NCBI GenBank assembly: GCA_963778115.1
Contig: CAVZSV010000004.1
Span: 1,120,001-1,184,000 of the forward strand
Length of the DNA: 64,000 nt
Direction of reading: 5' to 3'
Origin: an uncultured delta proteobacterium
GTDB lineage: Bacteria > Bdellovibrionota > FAC87 > UBA2466
In this document: positions 47,068 to 57,974 of the stretch, piece by piece
Layout of the letters: each line of letters starts with the position of its first letter
Position numbering within the stretch: the stretch's first letter is position 1
The notes under the pieces: model-generated
Database searches by the model: none
Seen by the model: only the letters and a program-made list of their open reading frames with translations
What the model was told of the DNA's origin: nothing
Position numbers and translations under genes: made by a program

Positions 47068-47970
47068 ATGAGACTTTCGATTATTTTACTGGCTTACAAC
47101 GAAGAGAAGAATCTGCCGGACTGTTTGGAAAGCCTCCAGGGTTTAGCTGCCGACATTTTTGTCGTTGATTCGGGAAGTACCGATCGTACAAAACAAATAG
47201 CCACCGCAGCAGGATGCAAGATCTACGATCACCCCTTTGAGAACTATTCCGCTCAGCGCAACTGGTCATTCGATCATTTACCCTTGAAGACCGACTGGGT
47301 TTTTCCCATGGACTGTGATGAAAGATTTACTCCAGAACTCGTTAAGTCCATTAACGAGATAGTTTCTCATCCCAATCAGAACACTCTTGCCGATGCTTAT
47401 ATTGTCAGAAAGAAGAGCGTTTTTCTGGGGAAATGGATTCGGTTCGGTGGACAATACAACAATTTCCACCTCCGACTGGCTAAAAAGGAAAAGATCCGCT
47501 GTGAAAGCCGCAGCTACCATCAACATTTTGTCACCCAAGGGATTGTCGGTTACCTCAATGGGGACCTCGTCGATATCATCGCCAGTAACAGCAGCGAATG
47601 GGTGTCCAAGATATCGCGTTGGGCAAAAATGGAAGCCGATTCCATGATTGCGGAAAAAACCGCCGTCCATGAAACGTCTGTAGTAAGGCCTCACCCTTTT
47701 GGAAACAAGCTGGAACAAAAAAGATTCTTAAAAAAAGAGATCTACCAACGGCTTCCCTTGTTCATTCGACCCTTTCTTCTTTGGAGCTATACCTATCTTT
47801 TCCGAATGGGATTTTTAGATGGAAGGGAGGGACTCATTCTATTTACGATCAAAAACTTCTATTTTCCCTTTTTGGTAGATGCTGAGCTTTTTGAACGTAG
47901 AAAGAAACAAATTGGGACCTCGGACGATATCAAAAAAGCAGATGATCCCAATCTCAGAAAGAGCGGGTAA
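47068..47970 (+). CDS. Glycosyltransferase family 2
   Basis: LAYNEE, VVDSGSTD, AQRNW, MDCDE, GFLDGREG. Confidence 0.92.
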   Translation: MRLSIILLAYNEEKNLPDCLESLQGLAADIFVVDSGSTDRTKQIATAAGCKIYDHPFENYSAQRNWSFDHLPLKTDWVFPMDCDERFTPELVKSINEIVSHPNQNTLADAYIVRKKSVFLGKWIRFGGQYNNFHLRLAKKEKIRCESRSYHQHFVTQGIVGYLNGDLVDIIASNSSEWVSKISRWAKMEADSMIAEKTAVHETSVVRPHPFGNKLEQKRFLKKEIYQRLPLFIRPFLLWSYTYLFRMGFLDGREGLILFTIKNFYFPFLVDAELFERRKKQIGTSDDIKKADDPNLRKSG

Positions 47971-47979
47971 TCCTCTTTC

Positions 47980-49167
47980 ATGAAAATACTACACATCATA
48001 GCTACTCTGGATCCCGCTAGCGGAGGCCCTCCCGAGGGAATAAGGCAGGTCTCAATAGCGATGATGGAGCTTGGACATTCGGTTGAAGTTGTGTCTTTGG
48101 ATTCTTCGACTGCCGACTACCTGAAACCGTTTCCGATTCCAGCGCATGCCTTAGGCCCTAGGATCGGAAATTGGGCGTTTACGCGGAAACTTTACCCCTG
48201 GCTGCTTGAAAACGGAAAACGGTTCGACGTTTTTATAGCCCACGCAAGTTGGCTTTACACCAATCTCGTGACGGCACGAGCCGCCAATCGCCTTAACCTG
48301 CCCTACTTCCTGTTTCCGCACGGTGGACTTGACCCTTGGTTTAACAAGAACTCTGCCGTAAAACGCCTGAAGAAACAGATTTATTGGAAGCTCTTCGAAC
48401 ACAAAATTATGGAGGGCGCAGCTGATGTTCTTTATACCTCAGAACAGGAGAGACAGGGTTCCGCCACCTCATTTTCGCCCCCATGCTCCAAGGGCAGTAT
48501 AGTCGGTTATGGCACTCATGGATCTTCGGAGGATCCCAGCCTGTTAAGAAAACAGTTCTTGAAAGAATTTCCCGAATTGAAATCCACTCGAAATATAACC
48601 TTTCTGGGTAGGATTCATCCGAAGAAAGGATGCGATCTTCTCTTGCAGGCCTTTGCTCGCATAGCTTCGCGAGACGCTTCCTTACGACTGGTTTTTGTAG
48701 GTCCGGATACCGTCCAATGGGCAGCACACCTTCGACAGATGACTAAAGATCTCGGCATTGGTGACAGAGTGATATGGACGGGCCCCTTAGTGGGAGAGCT
48801 TAAGTGGGGAGCACTTTATAACTCCGAGGTTTTTATTTTGCCCTCGCACCAAGAAAACTTCGGCATCTCCGTGGTTGAAGCGCTCTCGTGTGCCGTTCCC
48901 GTCCTTATCTCCGATCAAGTAAATATTGCGAGCCAAGTCGCGGCAGATGGAGCGGGGTTCGTGGAAAAGGACACCTTCGAGGGAACTACCACTTTGCTGC
49001 ATCGTTGGTTTTCGCTTTCCGAAAAGCAAAAGAAAGAACTTTCCGTGAGAGCCAAATCTTGTTTCGAAAATCGATTTCGGATGGATCGGGTCGTAGAAAG
49101 TTACTTAAAAATTCTTAGGGCCCACTCCCCAGCTCAAACCCCACAGCGCCAAAGGCAAATTTCGTAA
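47980..49167 (+). CDS. Glycosyltransferase family 4
   Basis: SGGP, PHGGLDPW, LGRIHPKKG, LPSHQENFGISVVEAL. Confidence 0.92.
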   Translation: MKILHIIATLDPASGGPPEGIRQVSIAMMELGHSVEVVSLDSSTADYLKPFPIPAHALGPRIGNWAFTRKLYPWLLENGKRFDVFIAHASWLYTNLVTARAANRLNLPYFLFPHGGLDPWFNKNSAVKRLKKQIYWKLFEHKIMEGAADVLYTSEQERQGSATSFSPPCSKGSIVGYGTHGSSEDPSLLRKQFLKEFPELKSTRNITFLGRIHPKKGCDLLLQAFARIASRDASLRLVFVGPDTVQWAAHLRQMTKDLGIGDRVIWTGPLVGELKWGALYNSEVFILPSHQENFGISVVEALSCAVPVLISDQVNIASQVAADGAGFVEKDTFEGTTTLLHRWFSLSEKQKKELSVRAKSCFENRFRMDRVVESYLKILRAHSPAQTPQRQRQIS

Positions 49168-49172
49168 CTACT

Positions 49173-50327
49173 TTAACGCCGTTTGGAAACGCTTCTGCTC
49201 TTATTACCACTCAGCGCCTCGCTAAAGACGTCTAACATTAGATTTGTCACAGTTGACGGCAAATAGTTAGCCGCACAAAAAAGTAGCGCGCTCTTCGCCA
49301 TTTCGAATCTCTTATCCTGCCGCTCGAGATAAGGTAGCATTTTGGCTTTTATATCGCTTTCAGAAGCACTCACTAACAAGCCGCACTTTCCCTCCGCAAG
49401 AATCTCTCTTTGAATCGGATTATCACAGGCCAAAGCAATGGCACCCGCAGCCATGGCTTCTAGATACACCCATCCATAGCCTTCAAATCGACTAGGCATT
49501 AATAAGAAGTGGGATTGACGCAGTAGCTTTTGAACCTCCTCGCGAGATTTAGTAAGGAAATGGGTAATATTTGGAAGGTTAGGGATGGATATCGGTCCAT
49601 CTGAGAAATCACTCACGACAACAAGATTCAGCCGATCGGGCATTTTGGAGTTGAGCTCTTCAAAGGCACGAAAAACCTCGGGCAGCCCTTTTCGTTTCGC
49701 CTCTCTTCCGATAAATGCCAATTGAATTTTGCCGGGAGAATTGAACTTGATTCGAACCTGTTCCTCACTAAGGCAAGAAAGATGCGGAAGAAAAAAAGGC
49801 ACTACTCTTATTTTCCAGAAAAAATCATCTTCCTCTTTCAATAAGTTTTCCATCGCGAATCTAGTATTTACCGTAACCATCGCCGAACGACGTATCAGTC
49901 GGCGCTTTATTTCCCTCTCTTCTTGAATCACCGATTCAGGTATTTTCCTGCGCATGAGTTCGACGGTATCCGTATAACCGAGATGTAATACCACCGGTAA
50001 TTTTTCCGCATTCGTAGGCGAAACCCCATAGGAGAAAACTAAATCACAGTTAGAATCAACAAGCTCCCGGCGTGGCAACGGAGCCTCTAAACGAAGTTTC
50101 CTTATCGCTGACTGCATTGTGGCCTTTCGAGATCTAGACCCCAATGAGCAAAGCAAATGCCTGAAATTGCATTGAGCGGAATAAAGAGCGGAGTGCGGGT
50201 AATAAACTTCTAGCCTTTCCGCAAAGTTAGGCATTTGCCGCAGCAGATGGGTGTATTGCCAATCTGTATTTTTTCTCGCGCTAACGTGGAAAGCGGGGGT
50301 ATTCACAAAGACTTTTAGCGGCCTCAT
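49173..50327 (-). CDS. Glycosyltransferase family 4
   Basis: FIGREAKRKG, MPSRFEGYGWVYLEAMAAG. Confidence 0.88.
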   Translation of the reverse strand: MRPLKVFVNTPAFHVSARKNTDWQYTHLLRQMPNFAERLEVYYPHSALYSAQCNFRHLLCSLGSRSRKATMQSAIRKLRLEAPLPRRELVDSNCDLVFSYGVSPTNAEKLPVVLHLGYTDTVELMRRKIPESVIQEEREIKRRLIRRSAMVTVNTRFAMENLLKEEDDFFWKIRVVPFFLPHLSCLSEEQVRIKFNSPGKIQLAFIGREAKRKGLPEVFRAFEELNSKMPDRLNLVVVSDFSDGPISIPNLPNITHFLTKSREEVQKLLRQSHFLLMPSRFEGYGWVYLEAMAAGAIALACDNPIQREILAEGKCGLLVSASESDIKAKMLPYLERQDKRFEMAKSALLFCAANYLPSTVTNLMLDVFSEALSGNKSRSVSKRR

Positions 50328-50532
50328 AGCACCTTTCCAGAGGTTTAATTTTAAGCAAGCAGAGGTAATAAAAGTATACTGCTTTCTCTATCATCGCTGG
50401 GCATTTAGTTGGCCACTGCGGATGGAAAAATGCTCTTTCCTCAACAAAGCCTCCACAATTGCGTCTCGTAAATGATGCATAGTGTCTAAGTTAGGTTTCG
50501 TGTGCGGTTTCGGTGTCTGCGGTGGGGGAAGT

Positions 50533-52557
50533 ATGAGACGAGCGTTTATTACGGGAATAACCGGGCAAGACGGGTCTTACCTTGCCGAATTGCTGCTGTC
50601 CAAAGGGTATGAAGTTCACGGTCTAATTCGTCGAAGTAGCTCCTTTAACACTCAGCGCATCGAACATTTATATCAAGATAGACACGACGAAAATGTCCGT
50701 TTCAAATTACACTACGGAGATCTCTCGGACGCTTCGGTACTTACCTCACTTTTGTCAGAAATAGAGCCCCACGAAATTTATAATTTAGGTGCCCAAAGCC
50801 ACGTTCGCGTCAGCTTCGATACTCCGGAATATACGGCCGATGTCACCGGACTCGGGGTGGTACGGCTCCTAGATTCCATTCGCCGGTCGAAGGTGAACGC
50901 GCGCTTTTATCAAGCCTCGAGCTCAGAAATGTATGGTCTGGTTCGCGAGACTCCGCAAAAGGAGTTAACTCCCTTCTACCCTCGAAGTCCTTACGCTTGC
51001 GCGAAGCTTTATGGTCATTGGATCACCGTGAATTATAGAGAGGCATATGGCATCCATGCTTCCAATGGAATTCTCTTTAACCATGAATCTCCACGCCGAG
51101 GAGAGACATTTGTCACACGCAAAATCACAAGAACTCTGGCCAAAATAATCTCGGGAAAGACTAATGACCTATTTTTAGGAAATTTGGAGGCCAAAAGAGA
51201 TTGGGGTCATGCGAAGGATTATGTCGAAGCCATGTGGCTAATGCTCCAAAATGAAAGCCCAGGGGATTACGTCGTCGCCACCGGCGAAACTCACTCGGTC
51301 AAAGAATTTTTGGATGTAGCCTTTGGTCTGGTCGGCCGCGACTGGCAAAAGCATGTAAAAATCGACCCTGGCTACTTTCGTCCTTCCGAAGTCGACCTAT
51401 TGTTAGGAGACGCAAGTAAAGCGATTCGCCAGCTCGGTTGGAAACCAAAATATTCCTTTCTAGATCTTGTCCGCGAAATGGTAATCGAAGACCTGAAGTT
51501 GGAGGGGCTCAATCCGGAGAAATATTTGACCGCTGCTCCGCCTGCCAAAAGATCCGCAAAACGGCTACGTCTGGTCAACGACTCCAAACGACTAAATCCC
51601 GAAAGTATCATCTTGGTGACGGGAGGTACGGGAATGGTGGGAGGCGCCATCTCTCGTCAATTGAAAGAGCTAGGGCATCAAAACCTTTTGACCCCGACAC
51701 GCAGAGAACTCGATCTAAAAGATCAAGCTCAGGTCCATGAATACATCGCCGATCAAAAAGTGGAATACGTCATTGCGTCCGCTGGATTAGTCGGCGGAAT
51801 TGAAGCCAATGCGACTCGGCAAGCCGAATTTTTGTATGACAATTTGATAATGTCCGCCAATGTCGTTGCGGGATCCGCGAAAGCCAATGTTAAAAAGCTT
51901 CTTTATTTGGGAAGCTCTTGTATCTATCCAAAGTATTCTCCCCAGCCCATTCAAGAAGAGTTTCTTCTCTCGGGTGCTTTAGAACCTACTAACGAAGGTT
52001 ATGCCATTGCAAAAATAGCGGGGTTAAAACTTTGCGAAATGTATTTTCGGCAATATGGGAAACACTTTATGGCCGTGATGCCCACCAATCTGTACGGCAT
52101 TGGCGATAATTTTCATCCTACCCATTCTCACGTAATTCCGGGAATTATGAGACGGCTCCATGAAGCGAAAATGATAGGGTCTCCGGAGGTCGTCATTTGG
52201 GGGACGGGTAAAGTACGTCGGGAATTCTTGCATGTTCATGATCTGGCGCGAGCCTGCGTTACCGTGCTTAGAGATTTAGAAAAGCCGGAGTTAATCAATG
52301 TCGGTTGCGGAAGCGATGTGACCATCGAGGAATTAGCCACTCTCATGGCTCAGGCGGTAGGATTCGAAGGAAAAATCGTCTTTGACGCATCCAAGCCCGA
52401 AGGAACCCCCAGAAAATTGCTGGATACGAAAAAAATAACGGCTTTAGGCTGGAAACCGACCATATCGCTTAAAGATGGACTTCTTGAAACTTACCAATGG
52501 GCATTGGCCCAAGGTATTTTTGACGGCGGAAAGCAGCGAGCCTCTCTCGGGAAATGA
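50533..52557 (+). CDS. gmd-fcl: Fusion of GDP-mannose 4,6-dehydratase (Gmd) and GDP-L-fucose synthase (Fcl/WcaG)
   Basis: [50 protein letters not shown]; basic linker; [57 protein letters not shown]. Confidence 0.93.
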   Translation: MRRAFITGITGQDGSYLAELLLSKGYEVHGLIRRSSSFNTQRIEHLYQDRHDENVRFKLHYGDLSDASVLTSLLSEIEPHEIYNLGAQSHVRVSFDTPEYTADVTGLGVVRLLDSIRRSKVNARFYQASSSEMYGLVRETPQKELTPFYPRSPYACAKLYGHWITVNYREAYGIHASNGILFNHESPRRGETFVTRKITRTLAKIISGKTNDLFLGNLEAKRDWGHAKDYVEAMWLMLQNESPGDYVVATGETHSVKEFLDVAFGLVGRDWQKHVKIDPGYFRPSEVDLLLGDASKAIRQLGWKPKYSFLDLVREMVIEDLKLEGLNPEKYLTAAPPAKRSAKRLRLVNDSKRLNPESIILVTGGTGMVGGAISRQLKELGHQNLLTPTRRELDLKDQAQVHEYIADQKVEYVIASAGLVGGIEANATRQAEFLYDNLIMSANVVAGSAKANVKKLLYLGSSCIYPKYSPQPIQEEFLLSGALEPTNEGYAIAKIAGLKLCEMYFRQYGKHFMAVMPTNLYGIGDNFHPTHSHVIPGIMRRLHEAKMIGSPEVVIWGTGKVRREFLHVHDLARACVTVLRDLEKPELINVGCGSDVTIEELATLMAQAVGFEGKIVFDASKPEGTPRKLLDTKKITALGWKPTISLKDGLLETYQWALAQGIFDGGKQRASLGK

Positions 52558-52570
52558 CAGCCGGAAAACC

Positions 52571-53923
52571 ATGAGGAACGAAGCGATCTCTCATTCTGAG
52601 TCTTCAAAAAAAACGAGGCTACCTCATGTCGTTATTTGCAGCCTCAATTTTCACCCCGAAAAAGTAGGTATCGGAAAGTACAACTCTGAGTTGGTCGCCT
52701 GGCTGGTAAAACACGGTTACCAAATCACAGTCATTACCGCCCCCCCTTATTATCCGCAATGGAAGGTCGAAGAGAGCTATCAAGGATTTCGTTATGTAAC
52801 GGAAAACTGGAAAGGAGCTACGGTACATCGATGTCCTCTTTACGTCCCTTCAAAGCCCTCAGCGCTAAAGCGAATTTTTCATCTCCTCACTTTTGCGATC
52901 TCTTCGTTTCCCGTACTGCTTAGCGTTGTTTTCCGGCAAAGACCAACGCTCATCCTGCTGACGGAGCCACCCTTTTTTTGCATTCCTGCAGTTCTCTTCA
53001 CTGCCTGGCTCGGCCAGACCCGCTCGTGGCTCCATGTCCAGGATTTGGAAATTGACGCCTCCCTTGGACTAGGGATGATTTCCCGGTCTTGGATTACCGA
53101 CGCTCTTCATCGAGTGGAGGGTTTTCTGTATCGCCGTTTTGATCGAGTCAGTACCATCTCAAAGAAAATGCTCACCGCTATTGTTAACAAAGGCGTAGAT
53201 CCCAAAGCAGCTCGACTTTTCCCCAACTGGATCGATCTCAAAGCGTATGAGCTAACCCTGGGCAAAACTCCAAATTTGGAGCTATTCAACATAGATAAAT
53301 CGGCAACTGTGGTTCTCTTTTCGGGCACTATAGGATTAAAGCAAGGAGTTGACGTTTTGGTATCTGCGGCTCGTCTGCTGAAAGACGAAAAACAAATCCA
53401 ATTTATTATCTGCGGTGAAGGCCCTCTCAGAAAAGAGTTGCAGGCGGGTGCTTGCGATATGAAAAATCTTCATTGGCTAGACTTTCAAAGCCAGGATAAC
53501 TTTAAATACCTCCTTGCTAGAGCGAAGATTCAAGTCCTGACACAACTACCTGGAGCCAGTGATCGAGTTCTCCCTTCGAAACTCTTGGGAATGATGGCGA
53601 GTGGGGCCGCGGTTATTGCTACGACCGAGCCCGAATCCGAAATCGCTGAGATTTTGAAAGAGACCGGACTTATCGTGAGGCCTAATGATCCCCAAGCGCT
53701 CGCGGAAACCATCAAACAACTTGTCGGCCAGCAAAAACAAATTACCGCACTCGGTCAAAGCGCCAAAGGCTTCGCCACGGCGAATTGGGATTTAGAAAGC
53801 GTTCTTGGCGCATTCGACCAAGAGGTTCGCAAATTGTGCGGCCTTCCGCCTTCCCGAGAAGAGTCCGACGGAGCTAACGTTGCGCTTCCGGCAACGACGA
53901 AGCGCGTTACTTTTGGCAAGTAG
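52571..53923 (+). CDS. wcaI: WcaI-like glycosyltransferase family 4
   Basis: NFHPEKVGIGKY, APPYYPQW, RCPLYVP, LHVQDLEIDA, VSTIS, FPNW, KQG, LPSKL. Confidence 0.85.
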   Translation: MRNEAISHSESSKKTRLPHVVICSLNFHPEKVGIGKYNSELVAWLVKHGYQITVITAPPYYPQWKVEESYQGFRYVTENWKGATVHRCPLYVPSKPSALKRIFHLLTFAISSFPVLLSVVFRQRPTLILLTEPPFFCIPAVLFTAWLGQTRSWLHVQDLEIDASLGLGMISRSWITDALHRVEGFLYRRFDRVSTISKKMLTAIVNKGVDPKAARLFPNWIDLKAYELTLGKTPNLELFNIDKSATVVLFSGTIGLKQGVDVLVSAARLLKDEKQIQFIICGEGPLRKELQAGACDMKNLHWLDFQSQDNFKYLLARAKIQVLTQLPGASDRVLPSKLLGMMASGAAVIATTEPESEIAEILKETGLIVRPNDPQALAETIKQLVGQQKQITALGQSAKGFATANWDLESVLGAFDQEVRKLCGLPPSREESDGANVALPATTKRVTFGK

Positions 53924-53956
53924 GCGCTTCAGAGCAATTCCGAAAGGCCAATATAC

Positions 53957-53984
53957 TCAAGAATTTCCGTAAGATTACCGAAAA
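53957..53984 (+). promoter_or_regulatory. Sigma28 (FliA)-like promoter
   Basis: TCAAG-n15-ACCGAAAA upstream of 54027; 30 of 39 nt identical to the region around 46968. Confidence 0.6.
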
Positions 53985-54026
53985 GAGAAGCAGCCGATAT
54001 TACTTAGAGCGAGCGGAAATTCCTCG

Positions 54027-55448
54027 ATGCATTCATTGCCAACATTCTTCTTTAAATCGTTGCTCCTAGTCTTTGCACTTAGTCTCTCGTGCCAGAGTAG
54101 AGCCCAATCCCTCTCCGATCTAAGACCTGCCAAGAGAAAAACGAGTTCCCATCACCATACGAATAGAAAGCCTTCTGACTTTGAGACCGCCGAACCCAAT
54201 GCGCCAGAACTTCTGAGTTTCGAAAAGGCGATCGAAAAGATCGTCGACCGAGATCCCCTGGTTGAAAAGGCACGCGAAGCTTGGAAAGCAACCGCGGCCA
54301 AAAACGTTCCGGAGCATCTAATTCTCTATCCCACCCTGCAACTGGGAGCCGGAACCTTCTTACAAAGATCTACGGACCAGACCAATACCGATACTTTTCG
54401 TGAGATCTTTGCTTCTTCCACGTTTAACATCTATCACTTCGGTGCCGACGTAGCGACGATGAAAGCAGCTACCGCTCAGGAGCTTTCTCTCGAAAAGCGG
54501 CTCGAATTTAGCATTCTAACTTCGGAGGATACCGCACTTGGTCTTGTCGTACAGGTCATCACCAATTCGATGGAGCTAGCAGCCGGAAAGATGATATTAG
54601 ATCGATTTGATGACAGCTACCAGCTTCTTCAAAGTCGATTTCATACCGGATTAGCTAGCGAAGAAGAGTTGGGGCGAATTGAAGTGGATTTGGGCCATCT
54701 ACACGATATCTACTATCAAACTCAGAAGAATCTTATCCAATCAAAAGCAGGTCTTCGTGCGGCATTGGGATCCGATCAGATTGAAATCAAATGGCCATGG
54801 AAGGAAAGAATCCGCAGAGCCACGTTCGCCGATGAAGATCTAGAGCGCAAAGTCCTGCGCCTTCGCCCCGACTGGCAAGCCGCGGAAAGAAACCTGGCCT
54901 CTTTCGATTACCAAGTGAAAGCAAGCTACGGCCTGATCTATCCTTCGTTAGACGTCAATGTATCCGGAGGTTATGCTTCGATCATTGATCAAGGGGTCAA
55001 CCAGCCTTACTATTCCGTGGGCGTTTTCCTGACTATTCCCCTCTTCGACAGACTAGCAAATATCTCTAATTACCAATCTCTCGTTCACCAACGCACGTCC
55101 GCGCAAATGGATCTGGAGATCGCAAAGAGAAATGCACAAGCGCAATGGCAGGAAGTAAGAGATGTCTTCGCCGCCTCCGTAAAAAACGCGTTGGATCGGG
55201 ATGTCTTATTGGTAAAAGCGCGATCTCTTAGTGAGGACATCGGCGATCGAATCACAAATGGAAATGCCCTTGCCGATGTTCTTATTCTCGATCAAAGGCG
55301 AGTCTACGATGCCGCTTTAGATTCCATCCACGGATGGAGAGACGCTCACCAGTTCTACGGTAACGCCTGCCATGCTTTGGGCTATCGGATTAGCAATTGC
55401 TCCACCGTTTCTGGTGACAAATTTGTCATCCGAAACACCGATCGGTAA
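54027..55448 (+). CDS. TolC-family outer membrane efflux protein
   Basis: Signal peptide; LSFEKAIE, YPTLQL, RPDWQAA, YPSLDV, LTIPLFD two-repeat pattern. Confidence 0.75.
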   Translation: MHSLPTFFFKSLLLVFALSLSCQSRAQSLSDLRPAKRKTSSHHHTNRKPSDFETAEPNAPELLSFEKAIEKIVDRDPLVEKAREAWKATAAKNVPEHLILYPTLQLGAGTFLQRSTDQTNTDTFREIFASSTFNIYHFGADVATMKAATAQELSLEKRLEFSILTSEDTALGLVVQVITNSMELAAGKMILDRFDDSYQLLQSRFHTGLASEEELGRIEVDLGHLHDIYYQTQKNLIQSKAGLRAALGSDQIEIKWPWKERIRRATFADEDLERKVLRLRPDWQAAERNLASFDYQVKASYGLIYPSLDVNVSGGYASIIDQGVNQPYYSVGVFLTIPLFDRLANISNYQSLVHQRTSAQMDLEIAKRNAQAQWQEVRDVFAASVKNALDRDVLLVKARSLSEDIGDRITNGNALADVLILDQRRVYDAALDSIHGWRDAHQFYGNACHALGYRISNCSTVSGDKFVIRNTDR

Positions 55449-55451
55449 CGC

Positions 55452-57716
55452 TTACCTTTTACTTACGGAAAGTAGCTTAGGAGCTGTCGATAGATGAATG
55501 GTCCCGCCACCGCGGAATACTGCATCTACATACTCCTCGCGACGGCTATATCCGTTCATGACGGCAAAAACGGGAGTTTGGGTCGTTCTACGAAGGCGAT
55601 GGAAGGCTTTTAACAAAGCATGAGAACCTGTAAACCGCTGGCGCGCCACTAGTAACACCACATCACTTAGGCGCGCTAATATGATGGCATCCCCCGCGGT
55701 AAGCACCCCATCAGTGTCGAAAATAATGTGGTCATAGGTGCTTCTAAGTTTTGCCATGAGTTCTCCGAATTTCTCTCCCTCTTCAAGCATGGTAGCATCC
55801 GGAAATACCTTTCGAGCGATGAGGTAGTGAAACCCTGGCAACTTGTTATGCTCCAGCATGTTCTTAGTGCCTTCGAAAAAATCTTGTTCCCCATGGAATC
55901 GAAAGGAACGATTGGAGCCGGTTAGATTCGGCGTACGGAGATTAAAGTCTATAAGAAGCACTTTCTCTCCTTCCCGCGCCAACGTCTCTGACAAATGATA
56001 AGCCACCAAGGACTTCCCCTCTTTATTCTCCGCACTTGTGATCGCTATGACTTGAGCCGGAGGAGAGGTCTTTGAGAGAGATTGGACTCTTTTCCCCATT
56101 TTCCTAAAGGCTCTGCTCTGGAGGGATCGCCGTTCGATATTTGCTACTTTGAAATGAAATGGATTATATAGTCGCCATGGGCTCGCCCCTTCGCTTCGGA
56201 AACGGGGGACTCCCCCGAAGAGAGCTAGTCCTAATTCTTCGATCTCCGTGGAATTTCTAACTGACCCGTCTAATTCCTCCAAAAGAAGCATCAGCCCTGA
56301 TCCTACAATGGCCCCCACAATCAGACACAACAACAGAGTCCCTATCAAACTAAGCTTGGGTTTGATCATCGCTTTTTTTGCGTCCTCAAGGACACGAATC
56401 TTATTTTTTCTAGATAGCTGCGTTACCTCAAGTTCCATGTTCTTCATCTTCAACTCTTCAAAGACTCGAAGTTCCAGCTCGGTATTTCTCTTGGCTTCAT
56501 CGACACTTTCGGCCACCATTCCTGCGGAATTTAAAGATTGCGTGGATTCAGATATTCCCTGTTGAGTCTTATTCAATCGTAAATTCAGTTCCTCACTCTC
56601 ACGAAGAATGCCCGCGATTCGAGTTCTGATGAGAGGCTTGGCACTCGCTGCAACTGGCGTCAAACTTCTTACTAGGGAACGTATCTTCGACTCGACTTCC
56701 TGCCTTTGCCTCGACGTTTGGTCCAAACCCTCCACTTCGAGACGTGCGTCGTCTTCAAATTGCGAACTCAAGTCTTCGATCGAATTGTATAGTTTTTCCT
56801 GATTCACGGAAGCAGTATCTGAAGCAGACCTCCAAGACGAAATTAAGTTTTCCCATTCGCGGACCATTCTTCGATTTATCTCCAATTTTGTTTTTACTTG
56901 GCCCTTATTCTCTTCCAGAGTGACAAACCTCCTTCCCGCAGTATTTTTGGTCACTTCCGCGAAGACCATCTCTCTTTCGCGTTTGGTACCGACGACAAGC
57001 TTTCTCATTCTCTGCGAAAGTTCTTCTATCTGTCCATTTACAAAAGTGTTTGCGCTCTGAATAATTTCCAGATCTTGTTCCATCAATAATTTAACGGCCA
57101 GCGACGCCATCAAATTCGTCAAATTCACGCATAAATCCGGATTCGAATGCTTTACCGTAAGAATGATATAATTCTGCCCGATAACCCTCTTAAACTTGGC
57201 AATGGTACCTATGAAATTGCTAATCTTTTCTTTCTTCGACTCTTCTGAGTTTAGGTCTTCGGGGACGTCAAGAAACTTAGAACGAAGCACGGATAAAATA
57301 GAATCGTTGCGAGAGGTGATGTGAGAAACCATAGGGGCGAACGATTTTTCACCGATAATTTTCTCGGCTACTTTGTACTGAAAGGCATGTGACTGCAGAA
57401 AGGCAAGGTCATTATCCACGGCATCGGTTCTGCCCGCCAATGCGCCCAAGCTGGAAGCACCTGCCAATGCCCCTAACGGGCTAGAAGAGGGATCTTCCTC
57501 GCCGATGGTCACTTCGATGGAATAGTTCGCGCGAGTCAGGTTATAAAATATCCCCGCGGAGACGAAAAAAATAATGACTGCGAGAAGAACGGGCCAACGA
57601 TGAACCAAAATAACTTTCGCTTCCGAAAAAGCATGAATCTCTCCGCTTGCGATCTGCGTTAGGAGGCTTTGTTTTCTCGTATTAAGTTCCAAACTTAGTT
57701 TCCCCTTCAGGATCAC
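55452..57716 (-). CDS. wzc: Polysaccharide co-polymerase/BY-kinase (Wzc/GumC-like)
   Basis: TM, coiled coil, TM; Walker A ITSAENKEGKS, LLIDFNLRTP, YDHIIFDT. Confidence 0.82.
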   Translation of the reverse strand: MILKGKLSLELNTRKQSLLTQIASGEIHAFSEAKVILVHRWPVLLAVIIFFVSAGIFYNLTRANYSIEVTIGEEDPSSSPLGALAGASSLGALAGRTDAVDNDLAFLQSHAFQYKVAEKIIGEKSFAPMVSHITSRNDSILSVLRSKFLDVPEDLNSEESKKEKISNFIGTIAKFKRVIGQNYIILTVKHSNPDLCVNLTNLMASLAVKLLMEQDLEIIQSANTFVNGQIEELSQRMRKLVVGTKREREMVFAEVTKNTAGRRFVTLEENKGQVKTKLEINRRMVREWENLISSWRSASDTASVNQEKLYNSIEDLSSQFEDDARLEVEGLDQTSRQRQEVESKIRSLVRSLTPVAASAKPLIRTRIAGILRESEELNLRLNKTQQGISESTQSLNSAGMVAESVDEAKRNTELELRVFEELKMKNMELEVTQLSRKNKIRVLEDAKKAMIKPKLSLIGTLLLCLIVGAIVGSGLMLLLEELDGSVRNSTEIEELGLALFGGVPRFRSEGASPWRLYNPFHFKVANIERRSLQSRAFRKMGKRVQSLSKTSPPAQVIAITSAENKEGKSLVAYHLSETLAREGEKVLLIDFNLRTPNLTGSNRSFRFHGEQDFFEGTKNMLEHNKLPGFHYLIARKVFPDATMLEEGEKFGELMAKLRSTYDHIIFDTDGVLTAGDAIILARLSDVVLLVARQRFTGSHALLKAFHRLRRTTQTPVFAVMNGYSRREEYVDAVFRGGGTIHLSTAPKLLSVSKR

Positions 57717-57756
57717 TTTTCGGAATTTATACGGTGCCTCCTTAACACTACGTGCA

Positions 57757-57779
57757 ACCTTAGATTTTTTTTCTAAGGT
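57757..57779. repeat. Perfect 8-bp palindrome between divergent genes
   Basis: ACCTTAGA-T7-TCTAAGGT; another TCTAAGGT half-site at 57833-57840. Confidence 0.6.
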
Positions 57780-57897
57780 CTTGGCGCATAATCCCGAAAA
57801 GAGTAAAGGGGGACTCTACGTTTTTCTGAATTTCTAAGGTGAACCTAAGGGCTATCTTTCAAGCCTGGCTTAGCTGTCTTTGAGGTTAATTCACCGC

Positions 57898-57925
57898 TTC
57901 AGTCAGCCTTCGAAATTGACGATAA
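57898..57925 (+). promoter_or_regulatory. Sigma28 (FliA)-like promoter
   Basis: TTCAG-n15-GACGATAA upstream of 57975. Confidence 0.5.
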
Positions 57926-57974
57926 GTAGGAGACCTTCTAACCCCCTTCGACGGGATTTCATCCCCCGTAACCG

